From a virus (lineage: Duplodnaviria; Caudoviricetes), in IMG/VR virus record IMGVR_UViG_3300012808_000001, positions 1 through 37,790 of that record: 37,790 nt of DNA. One strand, 5' to 3'. Numbering within the stretch: position 1 is the first letter of the stretch; the number at the start of each line of letters is the position of its first letter. A program made the translations under genes and the position numbers. Shown here in pieces: positions 1 through 9,543 of the stretch. The notes beneath the pieces are model-generated. The model searched no databases. It was not told the origin of the DNA and saw nothing but the letters and a program-made list of their open reading frames with translations.

Positions 1-1711
1 CCGCCGAGACGGCCAGACGGCCTTGTCCGTTACGTGAAGGGTGCGCCAGATTCACCTCGACCGCAGGAGCCGTGTCGACCGTGACATCGAGCACCGTACC
101 CACGGCGGGCAGTAGCTTGGGTGCAAACAGCACCTCGGAGCGACCGACCCGCACCTCACCCGTGGCATTGCCCTGCAGCTGCCAGGCAGCGGTTGCCGTA
201 GCCGTTCGCTGGGTCTGGCCATCCATCCAGGTCATGGAGAAAGCACCCGGATAGAGCGCCTGCCCCGCGGGCAAGGCCAGGGAAATGGTCTGGCTGATCA
301 GCAGATCGGCGGCGGGCTGCACGGTTTCTTGCGTGGGCACGCCCCACTGCTGGACGATGGAGCTGCCCACATCCGGCAAGGCCCCCAGCGTGACGACAAA
401 GCTGCCGGTCTCGGCGCTATAGGTGCCTGCGCCATAGCTGGAGTCGGTGCCGCGCAGCGCGCCGTCGCCCGAGTCCGAGAGCACATACCAGCGCCCCTGC
501 GCCCGGTAGCTGAAAGACAAGGTGCCGCGCGCCGGCAGCGGCGTGATGAAGCCGGTATAGCTCTGACTGCGGTTCTCTGCCGTGACTCGGATCTCGCTGG
601 ACTGTGGCATGCGCTGCATATAGGCGGCAGGCCGGTAGCTGATGGTCTTGATGCCGTCATAGCTGCCCGAGCTGGAGGTAATGATGCCGTTGGCATAGTC
701 GACCAGACCGATCTGCTGGGTGCCCGACATCAGAATGCCGCCCTTATCGGTGAAGGTCACGCCTCCCACCACGATGGAGAGCGAGCCAGGCAGGCAGCCA
801 CCGGGCAGGGCCAGGCTGGTGGTGGTGTTCCAAGTCTGCGATGTGCTGAAGGTCACGGCCTCCGCCGCAGAGACCGGAAAGCCTGCCGCCGCATAGGGGA
901 TGGTCGCGGGGATGGGCGTCTCGCTCTGGGCCGAGGGCACGATCTGGGTCATGATCGTTTTGGCGATGATGGTGAAATCGCCCAAGGCTGCGGCCTTCTG
1001 CAAAGGCGTGACGCCCACATAGCTGCCCGCATCGGCCACCACGGTATCACGCAGATGGGCGCTGTTGAGCAAGCGTGTGAACTGGCGGCTGGCTGGGGAG
1101 CCGGTGAAGCCGTACCGCAACGCATCCGAGATCTCGACAGTGACAATCACCGCCTTGTAGTCTTTGTCTGTGTCGTAGGTGAAAGTCAGCTCTTTGCTGG
1201 TCACGCGGATGGCGCGGACATACTGCATCTGCTCATTCGCCAAGCCTTCATTGCCCACCAGCACCAGTGTCTTGCCCACGGCAGGCAGTTCGGTGCCGGG
1301 ACGCTGGAAGATCTGAATGACGCGCTGGCCCTGGATGTGATCCTCATAGAGATAGCCCGCCCACTCGGCACCCTTGTTCAAATAGGCCTCCAACCTGGCC
1401 TGCGCCTGGGCACGGGTGTCATAGACCCCGCCTGTGGCGAACAGGGTGATTGAGACATTGGGATCTTCGGGCGGCTTTGCCACGATGACATTGCTGCCCT
1501 GGTAGGTGTCGCGGTCTTCGGTGTCCACGGTCACATGCATCTGACGCATGTTGTCGCGACCAAGGGCGCGGTCCATCTCGGAGATGTCCGGCATCACGGC
1601 GTTCTCTTGCCCTGACTCGATCACGACGTTCGACGGGCCGCCGCCGCCCTCGGGCACATCGTCCATGACTCGGCTGGCACGCAGCTGGATGTCACCTTGC
1701 AAAATAGGCAT
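1..1711 (-). CDS. Large phage tail/tail-tip protein, 3' end runs off the window
   Basis: ATG at 1711 (MPILQGDIQLRASRVMDDVPEGGGGP...). Absent from the ORF track, consistent with no stop before the edge; the codons checked near position 1 are open in this frame. Two genes after the tape measure. Confidence 0.75.
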   Translation of the reverse strand, partial: MPILQGDIQLRASRVMDDVPEGGGGPSNVVIESGQENAVMPDISEMDRALGRDNMRQMHVTVDTEDRDTYQGSNVIVAKPPEDPNVSITLFATGGVYDTRAQAQARLEAYLNKGAEWAGYLYEDHIQGQRVIQIFQRPGTELPAVGKTLVLVGNEGLANEQMQYVRAIRVTSKELTFTYDTDKDYKAVIVTVEISDALRYGFTGSPASRQFTRLLNSAHLRDTVVADAGSYVGVTPLQKAAALGDFTIIAKTIMTQIVPSAQSETPIPATIPYAAAGFPVSAAEAVTFSTSQTWNTTTSLALPGGCLPGSLSIVVGGVTFTDKGGILMSGTQQIGLVDYANGIITSSSGSYDGIKTISYRPAAYMQRMPQSSEIRVTAENRSQSYTGFITPLPARGTLSFSYRAQGRWYVLSDSGDGALRGTDSSYGAGTYSAETGSFVVTLGALPDVGSSIVQQWGVPTQETVQPAADLLISQTISLALPAGQALYPGAFSMTWMDGQTQRTATATAAWQLQGNATGEVRVGRSEVLFAPKLLPAVGTVLDVTVDTAPAVEVNLAHPSRNGQGRLAVSA

Positions 1712-1723
1712 TGTTCTTCTCGC

Positions 1724-2107
1724 TTAAACAGTGATCAGCCGCAGCGTGGCGACATAGGGATGGGTTGCGGCGGGCAGCTCGGGCCGGGAGATGGGCGTGG
1801 CGGCAATCGGGTCGTCTGCCGCAAACTGCACGGTGAATTCGCGGCCATCAGCCAGGCGCAGCGGGTACTGACCGTCTGGCACATCAACCAGGGCCTGCAC
1901 GGCCATCAGCGTTGCGCGTCGAATCCAGCCCTGGTCTTCCACGGCTTGCAGGGTGATGGGGCGGCCCTCTATGCGGGCAGCGGCATCGATGATCTGGGCG
2001 CCGGTAATGCCGCGCTCGACCGTCTTCTGCACGGCAGACCAGTTGAACTCGTCCACCCACAACATGCCGCGCGGCAGCTCGATGCCCGCGAGTAAATGAC
2101 CAGCCAT
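1724..2107 (-). CDS. Phage tail protein directly after tape measure (distal-tail position)
   Basis: 127 aa ORF whose start overlaps the tape-measure stop; function from synteny only. Confidence 0.6.
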   Translation of the reverse strand: MAGHLLAGIELPRGMLWVDEFNWSAVQKTVERGITGAQIIDAAARIEGRPITLQAVEDQGWIRRATLMAVQALVDVPDGQYPLRLADGREFTVQFAADDPIAATPISRPELPAATHPYVATLRLITV

Positions 2108-4971
2108 CAGTGAACACCCCCAGACAAATTGGCATCGCGCTCCAGCGCGGCCATCAGCTGCTGCATCTCTGAGCTGCCCGCCGCATCGGTACCCACGTTG
2201 TATTGACGACCGCCAATGACGACCTCGTGCCTATGTGTGATGACGGATTGGGGAGCTGCAGCTGCAGGAGCTGCGACAGAAGCCGGCGCCCGAGGCACTG
2301 AGCTGGGAACGCTCACCTTGCGCTCAGCCTCCTGCTTTGGCCGCGCATTGGCGGCAGCCTGCTGCAGGTCGATAGCCCTGCCCGCCTGCGTGACCGCAAA
2401 CTGGGTCAAGTCATATTGATAGTTGCCCAGCGCCCCGCTGCTCTTGACCGAGAAAGGGTTGTCCTGCGCATACTGGTTCTGCCATTGCTTCCACCAGGCA
2501 TCCAGCTCCTGGCGGGTCTGGAACTGGGGCACAAGATTCAAAGGCCCAGTGTTCTGCTGCATGACGCTTGGCGAGCCTTTGATATTGGCGTTGCGCACAG
2601 CCAGCGAGCCGCCTGCCAACACATCCATGGGCGTAAGACCATTCGCCAGCGCCTGCCGTTCTTCGGCTGTCGGTGGCCGACCCATAAGCTTGTCAAAAGG
2701 TTCATTCTTGATCGAGCCGCCGCCCCCACCCGTGCCGTACCCACCCGTGCCGTACCCGCCCGGCCGATCATCGCTATGGCGGTCATTGAATCTATCCAGC
2801 TCTCTGCCAGCACCACGGACCGACTTGCCGAGGTCATTGAACCCCGTCGCCATTGACGCCGTGGCTTTACGCGTGGCACGGTCGGTATTGACAATGGCTT
2901 TGCCAGCCTCATCCAGTTCCACCACATAGCCCTTGACGGCTGCCTGGGTCTTGAGCCATTCAGGCGCAATCCCGCCATTGGCTGCAATCACTTTGTCTGC
3001 CATGACCTTCCAGGCCTCGGCAATGCGCATGGGCGGCTGCTGACCATCTTTTTCCAGCTGATCAAACGCAGCACGTGCCTGGGTAGCCATGCGTTGCAGA
3101 TCCTCGTTGGTGGTCATACCCAGGTCTTTGTAGGCTTGCTCCAACAGCGCAGTGGACTTAGCCGCATCCTCTGCAGTACCTGCAGCTGCTCGCTGGGCCT
3201 TGGCAATTTCCTGCAGCTTTCGAGCAGCCGCATCGACGTTCCCGCTGGCAATCAGCTGCTGATATTCGGCCTTGAGCTGCTTGAGGTTCTCGGCCGCAAC
3301 GCGGTCGGCCTCAGCCTTGGCGGCAGCTTCCTTGGCTGCTTTGGCTGCAGCCTTGCCCGTGGCCTCGATGCCAGCGGCTACCGCCTCGATGGAAGGGGCC
3401 GCAGCTGTTGCAGCAGTGCCCACCGCCTCCACTGCGCCCGTCAAACCAGACCATGCATCGCGCGCTGTCTGTGCGCCATCGGCCATGCCCTGAAAAGACT
3501 CAGCAGCCTTGGCCTTGAGTGCGTCGGCAGACGCCGCAAAGGCGCCGGCCATTTCCTCGGCATCAGCCGCAGCCAGTCGAAAGCTCTCGCTCAGGCCCCC
3601 AAAGGTGACGGATGCCAGGCCGCTGCGCAGCGCCGCCACACCCTCCATCACCTTGGAGGCAATCTGTGCAAACGCCGCGCCCAGGCCGTAGATAGCGGTG
3701 AGCACGCCATTGACGCCCGCCGTCATCACGCCCCAGGCCAACTGCACCGTGTTGCCCGCATTGGTGGCGTATTGGCCGATGCGCTGCAGCGTCTCGCCCG
3801 TCTCGCTGGCAAAGACCTGCAGGCGCAGCACCACGGCATCAAAGTTGACGTTGGCTGCAAAGGCGCGGAAGAACTTGAGGCCGTTCTCAAAAGCTGTCGC
3901 CAGGGACTGGCCGAAGCGCTCCACCAGACCACTCTCGACCGCCTTGCGCAGCGCGCCGGTCAGCTCGTCCACGCCTTTGCGCACCACCGGCAGAACCGGC
4001 TTGCCCAGCACCTGGGTCACCGTCTCCCACATGCTGCTCAGGCCTTTGAGGGAGCCGTTGAGGTTGTCGGCCATGGTTCTGGCCGTGGCCTCGGCACTGC
4101 CGCCCGCTTCACGTAGCTTGCCGGTCAGCTCATCCAGCGCACCCATGCCCTGGTTGAGCAAGGAGCGCAGCGCGGGCCCCGCCTCCAGGCCCATGGCATT
4201 GATGGCGCGCTCGCCGTCCTTGCCCTTGGCGGCCAGTTGATGCAGAGCCTCTTCAAAGTTGGTGGTGACGATGCCAGCTGCGCCCAGCTCCTTGCGGAAG
4301 CTGGAGAGCGGGTTGGCAAACTGGCTCATGATGGAGTTCAGCGCCGTGCCCGCGCGGCTGGCGTCAATGCCCGCGTCGGCAAACTTGCCGATGATGGCCA
4401 CCGTGCTCTCCAGGCTCACGCCCAAGGTGTTGGCAACCGGCGCGGCATAGCTCAGGGCCTGAGCCAGCCCTTCCACGCTGGTGTTGGTGGCGTTGGCGCC
4501 CTTGGCCAGCACATCGGCCACGCGGCCTGCATCGTCAAAGGCCAGGCCCATGCCCATCACGGCCTTGGTCACATACTCACTGGATTTGCCCAGCTCGATA
4601 TCGCCGGCCTGCGCCAGAGCCAACACGGCAGGCAGCGCCTTGACGGAGTCGCCCGCGCTCAGGCCCGCCTTGGCCAGGTTCTCCAGCGCACCTGCAGCCT
4701 GCACCGAGGTGTACTTGGTATTGCTGCCCGCCGCCTGGGCAGCCTTGGTCAGCTCGGCCATTTCTGCGGCCGAGCCTTCGGTGGCGGCTTTCACGCGGCT
4801 CATGGCCGCTTCAAAGTCTGCGGCGCTCTGCACCACGCCCGCAAACGCCTTGATGCCGAAGTAGCCGGCAACCGTGGCGCCCAGCAGCTTCACATTGCGC
4901 CCAAGGCGGCTCAGCACCGCAGACGCATCGTCCTTGGCGTTGATCACGATCTGAATGGGCTTGAAGGCCAT
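2107..4971 (-). CDS. Tail tape measure protein (TP901-like core)
   Basis: Start MAFKPIQIVINAKD at 4971. Ala-rich helical protein with the FEAAMSRVKA...AAGALENLAKAG...ADVLAKGANATNTSVEGL core. Confidence 0.93.
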   Translation of the reverse strand: MAFKPIQIVINAKDDASAVLSRLGRNVKLLGATVAGYFGIKAFAGVVQSAADFEAAMSRVKAATEGSAAEMAELTKAAQAAGSNTKYTSVQAAGALENLAKAGLSAGDSVKALPAVLALAQAGDIELGKSSEYVTKAVMGMGLAFDDAGRVADVLAKGANATNTSVEGLAQALSYAAPVANTLGVSLESTVAIIGKFADAGIDASRAGTALNSIMSQFANPLSSFRKELGAAGIVTTNFEEALHQLAAKGKDGERAINAMGLEAGPALRSLLNQGMGALDELTGKLREAGGSAEATARTMADNLNGSLKGLSSMWETVTQVLGKPVLPVVRKGVDELTGALRKAVESGLVERFGQSLATAFENGLKFFRAFAANVNFDAVVLRLQVFASETGETLQRIGQYATNAGNTVQLAWGVMTAGVNGVLTAIYGLGAAFAQIASKVMEGVAALRSGLASVTFGGLSESFRLAAADAEEMAGAFAASADALKAKAAESFQGMADGAQTARDAWSGLTGAVEAVGTAATAAAPSIEAVAAGIEATGKAAAKAAKEAAAKAEADRVAAENLKQLKAEYQQLIASGNVDAAARKLQEIAKAQRAAAGTAEDAAKSTALLEQAYKDLGMTTNEDLQRMATQARAAFDQLEKDGQQPPMRIAEAWKVMADKVIAANGGIAPEWLKTQAAVKGYVVELDEAGKAIVNTDRATRKATASMATGFNDLGKSVRGAGRELDRFNDRHSDDRPGGYGTGGYGTGGGGGSIKNEPFDKLMGRPPTAEERQALANGLTPMDVLAGGSLAVRNANIKGSPSVMQQNTGPLNLVPQFQTRQELDAWWKQWQNQYAQDNPFSVKSSGALGNYQYDLTQFAVTQAGRAIDLQQAAANARPKQEAERKVSVPSSVPRAPASVAAPAAAAPQSVITHRHEVVIGGRQYNVGTDAAGSSEMQQLMAALERDANLSGGVH
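2725..2754. repeat. 15-bp tandem duplication (cccacccgtgccgta x2) in tape measure
   Basis: Read directly; encodes the GGYGTGGYGT linker. Confidence 0.85.
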
Positions 4972-5080
4972 GGCGTGGGTGCTTGATTGAAAGTGGTTGC
5001 TTCGGTTTGCGCTGCAGCCGGCGCTTGCTGGCCGCAGTGCAAACCGCCCCGGCAAGCCGGGAGGTCTGGATGGAGAGGGG

Positions 5081-5878
5081 TTAGGGAATCAGCGCCGCGC
5101 GGCCGTCCACATAGACAGCCTCGCCGTTGTCGGGCTTGAGCACTTCCACATCGAAGCCAAACTGGCTGTAGTCCGTGCCGTCCTGAATCAGCGGCAGCTC
5201 GCCCGTGGGCGACAAGGCCACGCTGGGGAACCACCAATCACGATTGGTGCCGTGGGCGTTGTCGGCAATCAGCTGCAGTGCGCCCTTGAGATCCGTGCCA
5301 TTGCCGGACTTGATGCGCTCCCAGCTCGTCTCGGCGGCGGTGTAGCCCACCAGCACCTCGGTGACCGCATCGATCTCGCCTCCCTCTGCGATCTGCAGCA
5401 GGCCCAGGTCTGCGTCCACCGTGTAGTCGGTGCCCGCAGCAAAGGTCGTGGTGCCGTCCTTGCTTTTGACGGTGACGGCGCTCAGCTTGCGTGCGCCCGT
5501 GGGGGCCGCTGCGGTCACGCCCAAGCGGTAGATGCCGCCCGGCTCCACCGTGTGCGCCTCGTTCGCAACCGTGGCCGTCGCCTGTGTGTGGGTCTCTGCC
5601 GTGCCGGACAGAAACATGCGCAGATTGCTGCCGCTGATGTTGTCGGTGGTGATGGCCGCCTTGCGGGTGATCTCGATCAGGACTTCTTCATCCTTCTCGC
5701 GCAGGCCGCCCTGCGAGCTGTAATGCGGGGCCTTGTCGCCCTCCACGCTCAAAGAGAAGGCCGGGCAGTTGCCGAACTGGCGGCCGCCCAGCAGGCGGCC
5801 CGCCGCATCGAACGGATAGAAAACAAGGCGTCCACGCGGATACTGGTATTCCTTCTTGACGCGGGGCAGTGCAGCCAT
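5081..5878 (-). CDS. Major tail tube protein
   Basis: 265 aa; YPRGRLVF...FGNCPAFSLSVE N-terminus typical of siphovirus tube proteins; AAGGAG RBS; position upstream of tape measure. Confidence 0.8.
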   Translation of the reverse strand: MAALPRVKKEYQYPRGRLVFYPFDAAGRLLGGRQFGNCPAFSLSVEGDKAPHYSSQGGLREKDEEVLIEITRKAAITTDNISGSNLRMFLSGTAETHTQATATVANEAHTVEPGGIYRLGVTAAAPTGARKLSAVTVKSKDGTTTFAAGTDYTVDADLGLLQIAEGGEIDAVTEVLVGYTAAETSWERIKSGNGTDLKGALQLIADNAHGTNRDWWFPSVALSPTGELPLIQDGTDYSQFGFDVEVLKPDNGEAVYVDGRAALIP

Positions 5879-5913
5879 GGCTAGCTCCTTTGAAAGATTG
5901 AACGGCGCCGGCC

Positions 5914-6327
5914 TCAGGCGTCCAGCGACTCGAAAACAGAGACGGTGGTGAACTCCACCGCATAGCCGACCAGGCCGGCATCCACAAACTCGGCCTCTCG
6001 CACGCCGGCGGCGCGCAGCTCGGACCAGGCGCGGCCGCCGGGCACCGCAGGCCGCCAGCCGTGCAGACAGCCCACCACTTCCTCCATGGCGGCATCCAGC
6101 TCGGCGGCAGCGCCATCACTGCGCCGGGCCACCAGCACGCAGGACCAGCGCGGCTCCAGCTGGGCAGCATCGCGCGACACATCGCCCAGGCCCGCGCCGG
6201 ACATGCGCACCTCGATGGCCGGCACCTGCGTGCGGTCGCACAGCTGCGATGCACCGCGCACCTGCCAGGCGGCCAATGCACTACGCCCTGCCAGGCGCGA
6301 CTTGATGATTGGTTCAAGCAACAACAT
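5914..6327 (-). CDS. Tail terminator/completion protein (putative)
   Basis: 137 aa between head closure and tail tube genes; synteny. Confidence 0.6.
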   Translation of the reverse strand: MLLLEPIIKSRLAGRSALAAWQVRGASQLCDRTQVPAIEVRMSGAGLGDVSRDAAQLEPRWSCVLVARRSDGAAAELDAAMEEVVGCLHGWRPAVPGGRAWSELRAAGVREAEFVDAGLVGYAVEFTTVSVFESLDA

Positions 6328-6332
6328 GGCGG

Positions 6333-6653
6333 TCAGTTCAGAAAGACGATGGGGAACACGGCCCAGCCGCTGGCGTCCTGCACCACCGGCCCCGTTACCT
6401 GGCAGGGCTGGCCGCTCACCAGCAGGCCGGTGCTGCCCTCGGCAATGCCGGGGGCCTCACCCACCGGCATGGCCACGGTGTGGCGCTCGGCGGTGGCCGC
6501 ATCGGCCAGAAAGCCTTCCAGCGGTGTGCGGTTGAACACCACGCCAAAGGGCTTGCCGCCCTGCCAGCTGGCCGTGGCGTTGGCCAGCAGCTGGCTCACA
6601 CCCTGGTTGATCAGCGCATCCACCTGCGCAAAAGGTGCAGTACTTGCCAGCAT
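6333..6653 (-). CDS. Head-tail joining protein (FII-like, putative)
   Basis: ATG at 6653 just after the capsid stop (MLASTAPFAQVD...), 106 aa, beta-rich C-terminal half. Confidence 0.65.
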   Translation of the reverse strand: MLASTAPFAQVDALINQGVSQLLANATASWQGGKPFGVVFNRTPLEGFLADAATAERHTVAMPVGEAPGIAEGSTGLLVSGQPCQVTGPVVQDASGWAVFPIVFLN

Positions 6654-6655
6654 GC

Positions 6656-7699
6656 TCAGGCCTTGCGCTTGGCACGCTGCAACATGCCGGGGCGGGTGCA
6701 CATGAACAACGGGTAGCTGCGCACCTCGGGGCGCACCCACTCCTGGCGGTCCTTGTCCGTGACCACCATGGCGTACACGTCCTGGCCGGGCGTGTTGACG
6801 AAGGGGAAGGACTCGGCCGGCGAGAAGCCGACGCGAAACGCATCCGGCGCACCCACGGGGAAGAACTGGCACTTGTCCGGGTGCACGGCCACGGTGCTGT
6901 TGTCGTCGGTGCCGCGGTAGTTGATGAACTGGATGTTGCCGTAGCGAAACGAGCCGAAGACCTGGCCCACATCGTTGCGCAGGTCGCGTGCCTCCTGCTG
7001 GTTCAGGTAGGTGCCACGCGTTTCGGCATTGCCCGTCAGGTCGTCGAAGAAGTTGTCGCCGCACAGGCCCACGGCATAGGTCTGGCCGGGCAGCCAGGCG
7101 CCATGGCTGGCGCGCATCATGTCGCGGATGAGTGCATTGCACTGCTTGCGGATCTCGCCGCCTTCGGCCGTGGCGTTGGCCAGGTCGAAGTTGATCTCCG
7201 CAGGCTGGGCAATGCCGAACTCTTCATACCAGTCCACCAGCACGGTGCCGTCTGCATCCAGCACCTTGCCCTGCACGGCGCCCAGGCGCATGTGCTCGTG
7301 CGTCAGCTCCACGGCGGCGCGCAGGCCGGTCTTGCCGTTCATGATGTCGGCCAGCTCGTTCTGCACGGCCTGCAGCTCGCTGACGGAGCCAAAGGCCCGA
7401 ATGTTCTGCACCGACGATGCATACAGCGTCTTGCCACGCGCAATGCGCAGGGTGTCGAAGTGGCGCATGCGGCGGCTTTCGCCCTTGCCTTCTTCAATGG
7501 GCGCGCCGCGCGGGCTGGTCTTGATGAGGGACAGCACGCCACCCTTTTCCTCGATCGCCACGGTGGTGGTGCGCGAGCGCTCGGTCGTGAAAATGCCCAG
7601 TTGCCCCAGCAGCTGCGGCACATAAGGCGCGGCCTGGATGGCGGTGGACATCGAGGTCATGCTGAATGCCTCGTGCGCAAAGATATTGAGATCGGCCAT
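6656..7699 (-). CDS. Major capsid protein, lambda gpE family
   Basis: 347 aa; THEHMRLGAVQGKVLDADG and C-terminal SYPLFMCTRP motifs; follows the decoration gene. Confidence 0.92.
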   Translation of the reverse strand: MADLNIFAHEAFSMTSMSTAIQAAPYVPQLLGQLGIFTTERSRTTTVAIEEKGGVLSLIKTSPRGAPIEEGKGESRRMRHFDTLRIARGKTLYASSVQNIRAFGSVSELQAVQNELADIMNGKTGLRAAVELTHEHMRLGAVQGKVLDADGTVLVDWYEEFGIAQPAEINFDLANATAEGGEIRKQCNALIRDMMRASHGAWLPGQTYAVGLCGDNFFDDLTGNAETRGTYLNQQEARDLRNDVGQVFGSFRYGNIQFINYRGTDDNSTVAVHPDKCQFFPVGAPDAFRVGFSPAESFPFVNTPGQDVYAMVVTDKDRQEWVRPEVRSYPLFMCTRPGMLQRAKRKA

Positions 7700-7726
7700 A
7701 TCGGTAGTCCTTTTTCTCGCGCGGCT

Positions 7727-8092
7727 TCAGCGCGCAACAATGCCCACGGCGGCCAGTTGGGCCAGGGCAGCGGTTTTCTGGGGCTCGGTCGTGCCTGCGG
7801 GCCAGGCCAGCGCATGGGCGGCCACTTCGGCATCGCGGGCGGTGATGACGGTGGCGTGGGCTGCGGCGGTGCTGTCCACAGCGGCAAACAGCACGGCAAT
7901 GGCGGTCTGGCTGCCGTTGTCGTTGTCGGGGCTGACTGCCGTGTATTCGCCACTGGTAGTGACCTTGCCCAGCACAGCGCCGGGCAGCAGGTTCTGACCC
8001 TGCGCGATAGTGACCACTTCGCGCGAGCGGGTGCCGTTGGCCTCGCTGACCAGATAGCAGGCCGTGCCGGGGCCGAGTTCTTGCACTTGCAT
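7727..8092 (-). CDS. Head decoration protein (lambda gpD-like)
   Basis: ATG at 8092 with AGGAG RBS; YLVSEANGTRSREVVTI...GAVLGK...AIAVL motif; 121 aa. Confidence 0.88.
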   Translation of the reverse strand: MQVQELGPGTACYLVSEANGTRSREVVTIAQGQNLLPGAVLGKVTTSGEYTAVSPDNDNGSQTAIAVLFAAVDSTAAAHATVITARDAEVAAHALAWPAGTTEPQKTAALAQLAAVGIVAR

Positions 8093-8121
8093 GGTGTGTG
8101 CTCCTATGGGTGGGGGTTGCG

Positions 8122-8589
8122 TTACGGTGCGGTGCCAAAGGCCTTGCCCCAACCGGCTGCGGCCTGGGTGGCCGCCTGTGCAGAGCCGTCGGGGCTGGCC
8201 GCCTCGACGCCCGAGACATTGGGGTTGCCCAGCGCCGCCATGGCCTGGGCAAACTGGTTGGTGGCAGCGGGGGCCAAAGCGGCCACGGCAGCCGCCGGTG
8301 CGGCATCCAGCACGCCCTGGGCCTGCTCTGCCGTCAGGCCGCCGGCAATGCATGTCTGCGCCAGGGTCGGGTTGGCTGCGGCATTGGCATGGCCCAGGAT
8401 GGCGCTGACGCGGGCACGCTCGGCCTGGGCGCCTTCGGCACGGGCTTGCTCCAGGCCTTGCGGGGCAGAAGCCGCAGCAGCAGATGCCACAGGTGCAGCA
8501 GCCGATGCAGCGGCGGGGGCCGCAACCGTTGCCGTTGAGGGTTCGGCAGGCGCAGCCGCCGCCGGTTGAATGGTTTGGGGGTCGCCCAT
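8122..8589 (-). CDS. Nested in-frame scaffolding protein (Nu3-like)
   Basis: Internal AAGGAG-N6-ATG (MGDPQTIQ...) ahead of the Ala-rich segment with AERARVSAIL. Confidence 0.65.
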   Translation of the reverse strand: MGDPQTIQPAAAAPAEPSTATVAAPAAASAAAPVASAAAASAPQGLEQARAEGAQAERARVSAILGHANAAANPTLAQTCIAGGLTAEQAQGVLDAAPAAAVAALAPAATNQFAQAMAALGNPNVSGVEAASPDGSAQAATQAAAGWGKAFGTAP

Positions 8590-9543
8590 AGAAGCTCCTT
8601 GAAGTTGAAATGACATTCCCGCCCCTGCGGGGTAACTGCGAGCGCGGCGCGCAGACAGGTCGGCAATCACGGTGTCTGCCGTGCCAATGCGGTCGGCCAG
8701 GCGCGCAGCCACACCGGCCACGCCCCGGTACACGGCGGCGCGCGTGTCGCGCACGGCCTGCTCTTCCATGCCCCGGTGCTTGGCCACGGCCTGCACAAAC
8801 ATCTGGTACAGGCCCTCGATGTCGGCCTGCAGGTGCTCGCGCACCGATGCGGGCAGGGGCTGGTAGGGGTTGCCGTCCACCTTGTGCTCGCCGGCAAAGA
8901 TGTGGCTCACGTTGATGCCCTCGTTGGCCAGTGCACGGCTGTAGTCCACATGGCGCATCACCACGCCGATGGAGCCCACGTAAGACGTGGTGGTCAGCAC
9001 CACCTCGTCTGCCGCGCTGGCGGCCAGATAGGCAGCGCTGGCCGCCATGCCGTCGGCCACGGCCACAATGGGCTTGCGCCCGCGTGCGGCATAAATGCGG
9101 TCTGCCAGCTCAAACGCGCCCGACACCTCGCCGCCCGGGCTGTCCAGCACCAGGGCAATGGCGTGCACCTCAGGCTGGGCCAGGGCGTCTTCCATATCGG
9201 CGGCCAGGTCGTTGTAGCCAATCAGCAGGCTGCTGTCGGCCTCCAGCCGGGTGCGGTGCACCAGGCCGCCCATGGCGCTGATGACGGCCACGCCCTCATT
9301 CACGCGGTAGCCGCGCTCGGTGCGCTCGCCCTTGCGGGTGGTGAACATCTCTGCGGGCAAAGCCGCGCGGGGGCTGATGGCAGCTGCATCGATCTGCAGG
9401 CCCTGGGTGCCCAGCAGGCGCTGGCCCAGGCCGGCGATAATGGCGTCCAGCTTTTGCGGGTGCAGCAGCAACGGGGTGTTGAACAGGCGGTCGGCCAGAT
9501 GCGGATAGGGTCTGCTCATCTGGCGGCTAATTTGGCGGTTCAT
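8122..9543 (-). CDS. S49 family prohead protease with C-terminal scaffold (lambda gpC-like)
   Basis: DSPGGEVSG, AASAAY and VGSIGV motifs; start overlaps the portal stop (ATGA); alternative start 9519. Confidence 0.92.
   Translation of the reverse strand: MNRQISRQMSRPYPHLADRLFNTPLLLHPQKLDAIIAGLGQRLLGTQGLQIDAAAISPRAALPAEMFTTRKGERTERGYRVNEGVAVISAMGGLVHRTRLEADSSLLIGYNDLAADMEDALAQPEVHAIALVLDSPGGEVSGAFELADRIYAARGRKPIVAVADGMAASAAYLAASAADEVVLTTTSYVGSIGVVMRHVDYSRALANEGINVSHIFAGEHKVDGNPYQPLPASVREHLQADIEGLYQMFVQAVAKHRGMEEQAVRDTRAAVYRGVAGVAARLADRIGTADTVIADLSARRARSYPAGAGMSFQLQGASMGDPQTIQPAAAAPAEPSTATVAAPAAASAAAPVASAAAASAPQGLEQARAEGAQAERARVSAILGHANAAANPTLAQTCIAGGLTAEQAQGVLDAAPAAAVAALAPAATNQFAQAMAALGNPNVSGVEAASPDGSAQAATQAAAGWGKAFGTAP

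Noticed and set aside
2725-2760. GGYGT tandem repeat as a contingency locus
   Set aside because: Only two in-frame copies in a Gly linker; no phase-variation potential.
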